A stretch of DNA of 64,000 bases, from positions 496,001-560,000 of the forward strand of contig JALDTO010000142.1 in the NCBI GenBank assembly GCA_023515725.1, read 5' to 3'. The notes under the pieces were generated by a model. That model worked only from the letters and a program-made list of their open reading frames with translations. It did not search any database and had not been told where the DNA came from. This DNA comes from Amoeboaphelidium protococcarum X5. Its lineage: Eukaryota > Fungi > Aphelidiomycota. The position numbers and the translations under genes were made by a program. Of the stretch, positions 1-12,581 are shown piece after piece. Within the stretch, counting starts at the first letter, position 1. Each line of letters begins with the position of its first letter.

Positions 1-473
1 CGATATCTAGTCCACCAATGGTTCAAAATTATACTTGCACTAGGAGGCTGACAAATTGATAACGCGACAGAATCTAGTAGATCTTATTCTTGTGGATTAA
101 TGCTTTTCCAGACATTTTTTGCTTGAATAAACAGTCCTTCATTCAAATACCACTTCATAAGCTGTGGTAATCGACCAGAACGCGTTGCAGCATCGAAAGG
201 ACTGATATGGCGACGAGTTTAACGCGCCAATTTATTGATTGCCGTTGCTCTAGGCTCGTCAGTTTGCGAAAATATTCTTCTCTGTATTTCACTTGGAATT
301 CGATTGAATTCAGTCGGTGAATATGAGGAGTCCTCATTGAGCTATGAACGGCCGGCCATATCAGATGTCTGCTGCTCATCTTCAATATTATTATTATCTG
401 TCTGGCCCATTGCAATGCCAATCACACAAACTAGAAACATCAGAACACAAGTCATTTAAAACATACACAGCAT
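1..473 (-). CDS. Secreted protein with N-terminal signal peptide and F-box-like motif (3' end outside window)
   Basis: With TAR=Gln the frame is open from ATG 473 to the window edge: MLCMFQMTCVLMFLVCVIGIAMGQTDNNNIEDEQQ...FNRIPSEIQRRIFSQTDEPRATAINK. Hydrophobic N-terminus, then an (L/I)PxEIxxxIF F-box pattern. Confidence 0.65.
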
Positions 474-684
474 TTTAAATAGATCTTTTTATATCCCAAA
501 AGGTATAATTAGGAGTAAAATCAGGAAATGTCATTGTCAAGAACTTCACCATGAGAATCCATGATCTACGACGAGAGGCCCCTTAGAGCCGCGAAACTTT
601 TCGTGTGTCTAGTCTAAAGAAGTGTCTCGCTGAGGACTAAATCTCTGAACTGTCACTGCTTATTCTTCAAAATAGTAGGGGAAA

Positions 685-1293
685 ATGGTGAAGGCTTGGT
701 ACTTTGATAATTTTAATTCAACAGATAGGCGGCAGCCACACATTAAATTGGACGCTGATGGAAATGAAATGTTATTGGACATGCAGCAGGTGACAGCGCT
801 ATCTCAAGTGACGCATCGAGTCATTAGAGTTGATAATGGCAGGGACGCTTTCGAGGCGGAGCTGAATTAATTTTGTGCTAAACACAACTATAAGAATAGA
901 GATGAGATTTATGTGTCCAAAGAGAAGATGGGTCAGTTATATGAAGAGAAATGTCGTGTATTTTATGAAGAGCACATTCACGAGGATGATGAAATCAGAT
1001 TCATGTTGGAAGGTAGAGGCTACTTTGATGTACGCGACAAGAACGATGACTGGATTAGAATCATGGTTGAGGCTGGCGATCTGCTGATACTACCGGCCGG
1101 GATTTACCATAGATTCACTTTAGATCTAGATGACTTCATTCACGTTATTCGCGTATTCAAAGAGGAGCCTAAATGGACACCCATCAATCGTCCTCTTGCT
1201 GATGAAAATTGCTTCCGTTTAGAATATTTGAACGCTGTCGATGGCACTGTGTCTCAAGATTGGAGATTTACCACCAGTGCACCACTTGTTTGA
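685..1293 (+). CDS. ADI1: Acireductone dioxygenase (ARD/ADI1, cupin)
   Basis: ORFs 685-870 and 913-1293 are in one frame joined by TAA=Gln. Motifs [30 protein letters not shown]. Ends TGA. Confidence 0.95.
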
Positions 1294-1366
1294 TTAAGTG
1301 AGTGAAAGGCTATTAATAAAATTAGTATCGTATGTCGCGTTTCAATTTTTTATCTTGCACTTTACA

Positions 1367-2044
1367 ATGATGAAGATTTAAACTGAACATGGACCAGTTG
1401 AGTATGAGTCTCTTGATTATGGCTCATCTGAAATACGGGATCTATTGAATACTCTTCTGGTGGAGATAAGTCGCGCATACCAAACGTTATGGACAACGCG
1501 ACTTAATACTCCCACTTTAAATTTAGTTAAATAGCTTCATTTGAACGGTGAAAAATACAGTGGGCTGGCACTATAAAGATCGTGTAAATCTGAAATTGGA
1601 TTCGACTTGTACATTGACTGCGAAATTGTAGAAAGCCCACTTTACAACATGCACCGACTATACTACACTCGTCACTTAAAACATTTAACGCATCACGAAA
1701 TTTATCATGGTATTGAGGATATGTATGGAGACAGAGATGACATGAATAAGCAATGGATCAAAGAATTCGCATAAATACCTTCTGATGACAATAATGTTGA
1801 TAACAATGATGATGACGGTGGTTAAGATGGACCCGCAGCCAGTCAAGAGAATTTTGTTTCAGATTACGCGCGCGTTTCACCAGAAGAAGATCGAGCAGAA
1901 ACGTTTGCATTTATGATGATGACGATAATGGCTGTGAAGACTTTCAACTATGATGATTGCAGTAAGCATTCTAAAGATAGTCCAATTGTATTCAAAAAGA
2001 AGGAATTCATTATTAACCAGTTATAAGACTGGCTTCAATCATGA
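1367..2044 (+). CDS. Putative zinc metallopeptidase (HHExxH + EDxAE type), 225 aa
   Basis: Open frame in table 6, absent from the ORF track: ...LTHHEIYHGIED...ENFVSDYARVSPEEDRAETFAFMM... Confidence 0.75.
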
Positions 2045-2823
2045 TGACGTTTATGAATCGATAGAAGGCTCCTTCTATTACATCTAAGTACTTCCACTGT
2101 CGGCATCATCAGTGCGCGGTGATGATATCTCGATACTAAGAGATTTGATATGCTTTTCAAACTTTTACAGCTATTATTCAAATCCATAATTTGGCTTAAT
2201 CTGTGGTCTTGCTTCTGCAGTTTTCTATACCGCCTCAGCCAGAGACGCCTTCTGGTACTTCATTAAATACGCAATAATGATGGAGGCAGATCTAGAAATA
2301 CCCTGATTGCAATGCACCAAAACTGATCCATTATCCTTATGTGCCTCATGTATGAATGGCAGAACATCGTCCAGAACTTTGAGTAACGGAGCATCAGGGA
2401 TGTCTGCAATATCTTTTGCCAAGTATGTAAATTTCTCTGGGAACAGATTGGGGATATTGGTGGCAACATTCACCACATGCGTAATGTTGTTGGCAACGAG
2501 CACATCCAACTTCTTTGCAGCATCTCCGCTACTAATGTACAATCGATCAATAACCTACAAAATATCATGCTGATTCACCAATCAATTCAAATTGCATGGC
2601 ACTATTTAAAAAGGTTTACCTTGCACAGCTTAGTGTCTATGTAGTAGGCAGCTTCAGACTCTGTGAGATTACCATCCTTCTTCTTGTTTCCGACCAGAGT
2701 TCGCTTATACACACCGTCTTCCAAAATTTCTTCATAGATATTCAAATGCTTGTCAGTAACTGTTGACACCGTTCGCTTGCCTTTAAAAGTTGTTAAATGC
2801 TCTTTTAATGCGTCCAGATCCAT
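2039..2823 (-). CDS. Atypical dual-specificity phosphatase (DUSP19-like), 2 exons
   Basis: Catalytic VHCNQGISRS and AxRPxIxPNxGF. GT-AG intron 2619-2555 (an in-frame alternative acceptor exists at 2570). Stop TGA at 2041-2039. Confidence 0.9.
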
Positions 2824-3291
2824 TTTAAATACTGAAAATATGAAATCTACAGAAGAGAATACTTTCAGCAAGAAGTGAATCTTGTAACTGGCAACAACAA
2901 TGAATCTGATGAATCAATCATTCGCTCAAACAATCGCTATCTGTCAACCGTTAATCGCGGTCGCTTTGATGCAGAAAACGCTTAAACCGACCGCAAAAAC
3001 CTCTTTTTCAAAGTAGCCTCAATGAAGAAAATTTGCAAAATAAATGAAGTATATTGTGATTACAACATTCATCACCAAGATCTCTGAGAGGCTACAATCA
3101 ATATAACATTTTTTCTATTAAAGTGTTTACGTGTAATTTTCATTGATGTCGCGAAATAGCGTTTTAATGAAGGAAGACGCGTAAACATACAGTATATGAA
3201 TGATGAGAATTGCGAGCACTGATGCTGCATGTTAATGCACAATGATGCTTTATTTTAACTACAATTCTCTGACATACAGTATCACGTTCAT

Positions 3292-6200
3292 TCATATCCA
3301 AAACGTCCAACCTTCATACATTTGAGCCAGCTTTTCCTTATCAGTGGCGCACTTAATTAGCAAATCTACCTGTTCACTCACTTTCAGTTGTTCTTGAATG
3401 GACTCTTCGCTAGCACTCGCGGCTTACAGACCCCGATCAAATCCTAAAATCTTTTCAGAAACTCGCCGGATTATCATATCCTGAAGTTTGTCGTTATCCA
3501 ACTTTATCTACTCCGTATTGGCGTAATCTTGGTCGAATAACTTCATAATCTCCAACTTTCCATGCTGAGATAACGACATTGAAGACGCCATCTCGTCGTT
3601 CATCTGCTCATTAGAACTGTCCTCAATAACCTGGTTCTTCTTAGAGTCTAGTAAAATACGCGCAACCGATGCCAGATTTAAACTCTTGAGCAATAAGGAC
3701 AGAAAAACAAGTATAAGTTCAGAATTGTCACGGAGGATTTGCAGAATCTCAACGCATGCAGATGTGAACTTCCCATCGACACCAGCACTACCAAACTACT
3801 GAACAATATTCTCAGTTAAACGAAATGGCACAGTCTCAGGTATTCGCAGTTTCTGGCCCATATCAAACACCAGATTAAAGTCAATATGCACCGCAGTGTT
3901 GGAAGCAAAATCAATCAATATATTGTCAAGATGACGATCTCCAATACCAAGAATATAGCCAACAATGCTGGTCAGAGCAAATGATTCAGTAAGCTGCTGC
4001 TGGCAATCCTTCAACATCTTGGACGGTAGAGCTACTTTCATATGCTCATCAGCAATTAATCTCCGCGGAATGTCTTTACTCAACTACCTCCAAACATTTC
4101 TGTAAACTTTCAATGGAACTTCATGGCGATGCACATTTCTGGACAGACCAAATGATGCTAAAGACTTCTTGAACAACGATCTCCATTGCTCAACTGGATT
4201 GGGAGGAGCTACAGGCTATTACTTCTTCAAATCATTCTAATTAAATGCTGTAGACGGCATTCTCATTTGATGATTACGATATAGCCCATAGAATGGGACT
4301 GCATCGGATATCCACTCAACAAGGCCACACTCATTACCTAATGGAATGATGTTATAAGTCTTCAATGAGTACTTGGTGTTTCGCAGAACAGAAGCATTCA
4401 GAAACTTGAAGAATTGCATAATTCTATGCTCCAAATTCAAGTCTTCCATACCTTTGAGGAGGAATGTATACTGTTATCCATCATTTCCAACTATCGAGAT
4501 CTTCTTGGGCTTAGTCTTGGACTGCAAAATCACAACTTCAGGCAACAATCTCTAGATGTAAACATCAGACTGACCAGGCACTAATATTTGATACTCTGCC
4601 AATTCAAGTGTCAAAAATGTGGAAATATCCTCCAACTTCAATTGGCGAAGAGAGATGTACGCGGCATTCATTTTCTAGTACATAGCTTTGAATCTGTCAA
4701 TCGGGTACTGCAGCACAGACTCAACAGAGTCATCAAGAGGTCTCTTGAGTAACACAGTCAAAGCACGCAAAGGCTCTATAAATGACTATTTCATTCTATT
4801 GCCATACTAATTAAGAGGGAACAGCTGCTCTTGATCAGTGATGAATTTATCCAGACTTTCGCAAAATGGAGACAATTATCTACTATACAATTCAAGAGCG
4901 AAGTTTAGCTTTTAAAATGGCTTTTTTACTTTGGCATTCTCAACCTCAGATTTGACGGCGCATACAATCTTATAAAGTTCGTGCAACTTTGCAGCAGTAA
5001 AAGACATAACACTATCTTGAGGCAATACTGCCAACTTTTGAATCTCTGAATAAAATTCCAATTCATTCTGCCGTCGACTGCCTTCGTCAAGGCTGACTGT
5101 GTGCAAAAGGTAAGACGTCTATTCAGGAAACTGGTAACACACGGCAATCAAGCAGCTACCAAGACAATCTTGCAACTCTTATATACCTATATTTTACTGC
5201 AAGCCATATATAACATCGATAAAAGGAAGCCAGTGGTTGGGCGCAGATTTAACAGCATTCGAAAGCAACTTTAAAGACGAATGATCGCCATACTGAGATA
5301 AATTCGTGGCACACTAAAGTATACCAGCACATATTTTATAAGATTCTGACGACTTGACTTTCTTAAGAACAGATAAGTACGCTTTCAGAGCCTGTTACCG
5401 AGCAGACTAGATCTGACTAATCGCTAGCTCAGATGGAACCACTCCCATATCTTCAAAACTAATAAATCCTTGATGCTTATTTAATCCTCCAAGAGTGAGG
5501 CGTGCATTTACATAAAAATTAGAGCCAGCTGACTACTCTTTAATTGCATTTTAGATGCACTAATGATAAAGCTTTTCGGCCTTTATAACTTGATCCCCTT
5601 CAATTGCCCATTTTGAGGTAAAATCAGGAATCATAAAACGTTCACCAGATTTAACAGCACACTAATAGTACAGAGAATCGTCTAAGTCACTACCCACAGT
5701 ATTGTATTGCTCTAATTCCATATTACGGCTGAAAAGTATCTCCAGCAACCTGCGTTGATCTTCTGACAGCTGATCTCTCAAAGACATAACATCTAGCGAT
5801 TTCAAAAGCTCGGAAGCCAGTTGATAGTTTTGAGTTGAAAGTAAAAGTTAAATTAGGTGGAACTAAATGTCAGCCCAAGATAAACCACTTTCGTTACGCA
5901 AGATGTCTTTTTTGAGTTCCGGAAGTAAGTTAAAGTCCTCAGTCACCAGTAAAACATCTTAAAGCCCACTACCATCCCTTCTCACACTTAACGTAGTGAT
6001 GATAGATATCAGCTCATACATCAGAGATCCAGACTTTAAGGATTCAAAGCCAGCTATCTTGAGAGCAAGATTACTAGATTCTAATGATTACTAAAACTCT
6101 ACACGATGATCGTCATTTAGCTGTAACTTCTGCAGTAAGAGGTCAGCATTACTGAAGTTTTCAGACGCTTCCTAACTCTATATAGCAATAAAACGAACAA

Positions 6201-9012
6201 CATTCTCCACCTCCGCAATCTTTAATACATATTGAAGTACAAATGCATGTTACCAAGAGTTGTCCGAAAAGGAAGCTTCCAAATTATTATAAGTCTGTCG
6301 AGCTAATTCAAACTCTTCCCGCGTTAAATGAATGGTAAATTGCAATAATAACACATTATCCTTGGCCCACTGACCAACTTCAGAAGCTGAGAATCCTTAA
6401 ATATCATCCCCAGAAGCTGTATACTTTTCCATCTGCTTCATAATGCCAACCAGAGCACAAGTGTCTCTTATTTCAACAAGACCAGGCAGTAGCCATGAGA
6501 GTGCATTGTCCAACTAGGAAACTTCTGCATCACCAAACTTGTCGAAAGCACTAGAAAATTGAGCATAACTGTAGTCATACAACTTCATTGCCTAGAGTGA
6601 ATACATATGAGAGATTACCTTGGACACTTGAGAGCCATCCAGTCTTTATGAGATAAGCTATGCCAACTGCACAAGCTTTAACCGCAACTGGTCGAACCAT
6701 TTTGACAACTCAGACTTGTTACTTTCAAAGAACTACACCACGGGCATCGGAAGATCGATAAGTCTTTACAATGCAATTTCAACGTGATGCTCAAGGAATT
6801 CCAAGAATGTAATAAAGTAATACGCTTTTTCAACACACAGAGCAGAGACCGAAGTATGAGAAATAAGATGCCGTAAATGGTTCAAATGTTGCATCAAGTA
6901 CTGCAGAGCTTCACCAGGACTTTGAAAGACGGCACGCATTAACGTGAGCTGATAAAAGCGAGCACTTTCATATAGACACCAAAGCAGGGGATAGCACGGA
7001 TTTGAAGATACTACATAGTTCTGGAACGCGTCACCACTGGTCAAGCAGAAACTACAAAATAAATCTTGCATGCTCTCTTTTATCAAATCATCAGTTTAAG
7101 AATCCTTAGAGACATTAAACAGCCACTCAGATACCAATATAAAGTGCTGATGCCGAAAGTACTTGGATGGCGGAGACATTGCCAATTAGCGACAGAAATT
7201 ATCATTATGAACTGCACTCTTATTAAAAGAGTTCATAAGTTGGACCAATTGCTTTGGACGACAGCTAGTAAGTAACAACAGCGCAGAGTCGCATACACTC
7301 GTATTGTTATGAACGAGTAAACCACTAGCAAAATATATAATCTCTTACAAACTCTCTCCACTGACTGTGATAGATTACATACAAAGTGTCAACACTTAAA
7401 GGCACTATATCAACATATCAACTGAAGACGATTGAGCCTTATTTAACACCATTTTAACGGTACTTAAAGATAAACGTATCGCATATTTTATAATGCAATG
7501 TAAAGCAAATTTCTACAACTAAATATGAGTCGACTATAAGAGCACCATCATCAGATCATCTATTGCATTATTCGAACCAAATGAGCATATCAATGGAGCA
7601 TAAAGCGTCAACAAATAAACACTCTTCAAGTTGATTAGCTGCGATTGCTACTAGTTGATTACATTCTTACACTTGTTCATTGCTCCCTTCAAAAAACTTT
7701 GGAACGACTCTAAATTAGATAGAGAAGGTCCAACTAGTTACAGATAGTTGAGATTATTTTTCATTTAAGCATTACACTTGCCAGCTTTTACCGCTTACTT
7801 CGCAGACTTTATCTTTGCCATGATGAGTTCTCTGACAACTTTACTCGAGAGAACATCACTACCATACACAGAGCAGAGGCCTTTAACAATAAAGACATTT
7901 TGAGCATGATCCTCACTCAATTGCTAAAGGAGAACTTTCCCATCAGACTTTTTCAAAAGCATAATCAATGAATCGCGCACCTTATTATCTTAATCTTACT
8001 TGACATTACTGATCAGATCAAGTATAGGCATGATAACATCAATAGAAATCGGATCAAGATTACCATTGACCACATCCATCAAATCCACCAATGAGTAATC
8101 AATTGACTCTGAAGGGAGATTCTCACTCAATTTTTACACTGTGCACTCGATCAGTTTACTATTAAGGCGAGAGGAACTTTTAAATAGAGTTAGCACAGAC
8201 TTCAAGTGAGACAAGAGACCAGCAGACTTATCATTTACTAACATCTAAGCAAGTAAATCGTAATCTAAATGCTACTCAAATATCCTTATTCTCTCACTTA
8301 CATAATCTTTAGTTTATAAAAGTCCCATAGAATCATGAGTGAAATTAAACACAATTTCGGTACAGATGGAATAGTAGATACTCTTCTCCTTCTCCTATTA
8401 CTTCAAGCTTTCTAAATAATCCAAAAAATTAAATACGTAATCTGCTATTTCATTCTCTGATATCAATGCTAAAACGTGACTTATTGTCGATTTGATCATT
8501 AATATCTTCTAATTTACATCCAAATGATGACAACCAGCCAACTTCCCAAGTAAATATATAATCCACTACTTCTTCGCAGAATCTTTCAATCTCAGAGTCA
8601 TGTTTTACTAATTTGATACATTGACGCGTAATAGCTTCAATCTATCTTCAATCCAGGCAACAAGATGCTTCCACCCACCACCATTAGATGATTATTCTAC
8701 GACTATCTCAATCAACAAGTCGCAAACCTGATCCTTTACTTGATCTTGCGCTTTCTAATTCTCAAAAACCAGCTCTAACGCCAATCCTTCTTACAATAGT
8801 CTTCTATTCAAAGGAATGGCAATATTTAACACTTCCTGACGTGATATGTATTAATTCTATGCCAGAAACTTATTAACTTGATATACATTGTTCTCACTAG
8901 GGAACTGTACGAGATTACGCATAATCATTTTCAAATCATTCTCACTATTAATGAAAGAGGGCTAATCTGCATTAAAACGTAAATTCTACTACTTTGAATT
9001 CCCTCTCTTCAT
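3292..9012 (-). CDS. SMG1: SMG1 PIKK kinase (nonsense-mediated decay), ~1906 aa
   Basis: All minus-strand fragments (3508, 3796, 4237, 4912, 6766) share one frame. [66 protein letters not shown] and [16 protein letters not shown] match SMG1 rather than TOR/ATM/ATR. Confidence 0.88.
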
Positions 9013-9298
9013 CAACACCAATAAGTAGAATAAATTAAAACTCTATTCAGGCTATCAATCTCAGCACGCAGCTTTAACAAAATCACACACACTTTACACT
9101 TGAATGATCGTCAGAGTCCTCAAAGAGAGAGAAAGCGCGACGCGTCGTTTCATTTTCAAACGCTTTTTTCTCACTGTGCGTCTTCGTTGACTTTACAAGC
9201 TGTTAATTTATCACCTCATCTGCTCTTAGTGGTTGGTTTCTATATTTCAGTCTTTAAAATTATTACAATTCAGAGTATTTAACAAGAATATATTTAGT

Positions 9299-10417
9299 AT
9301 GACTCAATTTCAGTTGCAGAATCATGGCAAGTATGTTCAGAGATGTATCAAATGTCTTCCCAATCCGTACACCTCCACAGACTCTAGCCGACTTACTCTT
9401 ATATTCTTTGCTCTGGGGTCATTGAAGTTGATTCTTAATGGTAATGATAATGCTGCTGGGGATTAATACTCTTCAATTGTAGACGGTGTAAGTGCCGATT
9501 ACACTGACATTTCATAAGAAGATTTAATTAGGTACTTGGGTGAGTTCAAGTGCTAGAATGGTTTTATGGGATGTACGTAAAGTTGGAGTTTGCATGGCGA
9601 TCAGATTGATCAAAGTAATCTGGCCATGACTTATAGTGCTCTTTGTCTGGTTATTAATCATAGAATTCCGATATCTAGAATTTTAAATGAGACTGAGATA
9701 TCGTAGATCATGTCTAATATCGCTCATTGTTAGTGTCCAGATGGTTCCTTTGTTCCCTAGAGACCAGACGCTGAAAGTCAACCATTTGGATTACGGCCAT
9801 TCATGCAGCGTGGAGATATGAGATTTGTATATTGTGCTGTCAGTATCGCGTACATCCTGAACAAGATTGATATGCTTGACATTGATCTTATCACCAGTTT
9901 CATACTTGGTGCTCAGTCCTATGATGGAGGCTTCGGCCAGAGGTGTGGAGAGGAGTCTCACGGTGGTAGTACATACTGTGCCGTGGCATCTCTTTCTCTT
10001 TTAGGTAGATTGGATCGAATGTCAGAGATTAAACGTGATCAGTTGTAACGGTGGCTTATCAAGAGGTAGATTGGCGGATTTAATGGTAGATTGAACAAGG
10101 ATGCTGATACTTGTTATACATTTTGGATCTGTGCCTCTATGCAGATAATTGATGATCATTTCAGTACTAATCTGATAGATTGTATAGATAAGCCGCTTGC
10201 GTTATCATTTCTTGAAGATACTGAATTCTAAGGCTTTGGTGGTATTGCTCAAGGTGGATTTGGTAAGGAGTAGGACGATTTTCCAGACTTGTTGCATACG
10301 TATCTCGGCTTGGCTGGCATATCTATAATGACTAAAGGCTTGAACAATCAGTTGCGTCAGCTAGATCCTCGTCTCAATGTTAATCGTGATGATCTAAAAT
10401 ACTTTCAAGCTCAATGA
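9299..10417 (+). CDS. PGGT1B: Geranylgeranyltransferase type I beta subunit
   Basis: HGKYVQRCIKCLPNPYTSTDSSRLTLIFFAL, DMRFVYCA, ESHGGSTYCAVASL, GFNGRLNKDADTCYTFW, PDLLHTYLGLAG. Confidence 0.93.
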
Positions 10418-10541
10418 CAGACTTTGCCACGATTGATAACCTCCAGAGTTGCATAATAATAAATCAGGTATTTTATTAGTTTAGCTTTTAAATTATTACA
10501 ATTCTCATCACTCTTTTGCACATACTCTACAGAGATGCAAA

Positions 10542-12302
10542 TCATTCAGGCGAGGGACACGCCATCCAGTCTGAGAAATATGCTTACATCTCTTACCTAG
10601 TCTCTGCCTTGGAAGTATTCACAGTAGGTATGATTTTACGCACTCCCACCGGTCTACCATCTGCAGACTTTACCTGATTATTTAGGCCTTGTACGAAAAT
10701 CTTCAAATCATTAAAAGATGAGTGCTCAGAGTACGGGATACCAAGAATGAGCACTTGTGATGATTGAGTTACAATTTTGAATTCAGACTCTTTACTGAGA
10801 CTTGATGATGCCTAGTGCTTACTACCACCGACGCCTTGAGATTTACTACTACTACCACCGTCATTTTCAAATGTCCATCCTGTGGGCTTTATCCCGATAA
10901 TGCATTTAAATTGGCGAAATTTTGTAAGATACTCACCCAGTCTATCACTTCGCAAGTCGTGCATTTTGACCAAGTGCAGAGGTGTACTTAATGGGTCGTC
11001 AGTCAATAGAGTGTTGATCTTCTCATCATCCATATACCGCAAAATTCTTCTTTTATCCGCATCAGCATATACCTTAACACCCAAAGCTTTGGCCATTGAC
11101 ATGAAAACACGCTCCTTGCCAAGGAGATACGTGCCCACAACGAATAAGACTTGAGTATGTTTGATGTCCCATATATATTCATGAAGCGGCCGACAACCTT
11201 CACTAATTTCATTATCACTATCACCATCACCTGGATTATTATTACTCTGCTTATTAGCACCAAAGTAAGAAGTTATTGAATTCTACCTAGAATCTTTACG
11301 CTGATACTTTCTTCTCTTATTACCGACAGTCTGTGTGTAACCAAGATCTTTGACAATGGTATCCAAAATACTAGTGCCACTATTACCAGATGAATACGAA
11401 GATAAGGATTTTGTAGATCCAGCACCATTTTACTCATATTTAAGCACCAGCTTACACAAAGATTAAATCTAGCCCAAAACCACTTCTTAGGATGGAAAAG
11501 TGTATTAAGACTTGCAATAGGTGGTATCCAAATAGAGAATGTCAATCGGTCGTGACAATTACAGACTCTAATGTTATAAATGAAGCTAATGTGCACGAAA
11601 GTCCCCCGTGTGTAGAATGAGTTGACTTCTCTGAGTTGACACGGGGACATGAAACAACACGATTGCACTACCAGGACAATGATTAGCATCTATGAATTCA
11701 AACTCAACACCACACACTTCATACAGAGTATTTAATTCAACATCTTGAACAAAAGCAGGATTAACCTTGAGCCTGTTCCTCACAAAGTTGCCAGTAATCT
11801 TGGTGCAGATGATGAGGCCATGATCAAATTTAGCCGACAGGTGAGTATAATGATCAGCATGAGCATGCGTAAGAAAATAGCATTTGACATCTGGAATTCG
11901 ACCATAATTGAACGCGTCCACAGCAAAACAAGTGTTGGGAATCTTTTTATAGAACGGCATTTCCCGCGATAATTTCGGTGGTTACGGATCAACATCATTA
12001 CCATTATTCAACATTTAAGCAGAGAGAATCGGATGATTTATAACAGTTTTAGCCATTCTAGCAGTCTATGACTTATTATCACGGACTTGCTAAATCTTCA
12101 TAAGCGGAGAGTTAAAGTCTTCAAACTTGATCTCATTTACACCACTTTTGAGTTACTAAATCTGATGACTACCAGAACTTTTTCTCTTCTCTGTCCTGTC
12201 CTTCACGGTGTGAGAGTCAATACATGAATTGACGTGTTGAAGAGTCTTCTATTCATCCATACCAGCTAGAGATTAATTGCATACAGGGCATTCCACTGTC
12301 AT
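10542..12302 (-). CDS. PSO2: DNA cross-link repair nuclease Pso2/SNM1A (UBZ + metallo-beta-lactamase + beta-CASP)
   Basis: N-terminal CPVC...HVNSC zinc finger, FLTHAHADH, DANHCPGS, LHTGDFR, YLDTTY, IPYSEHSSF, IIPTVN. Confidence 0.93.
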
Positions 12303-12581
12303 TGTATGTATGAGACGAGTAGCTTATGTGATTCCAATAAAGTGACGTTTTTGACTGTTTCGTTCGTTCGGGAGACAAAGAGCGAAAGAATTTTTGAAGA
12401 GAAATTCTAAAACCGTTTCAACTAAACACGCTTGAAACAGATCTTCAATAATAAACAAGATGTGCAGTAGATCATACTACAATATGTAGATCATTGAAAG
12501 CAATTTATTGATTTATACTCATTTCACAAATTTTTCAGTGCGCCATTTCGTATTTGCTTTACCAACTTATTACTCAGATTA

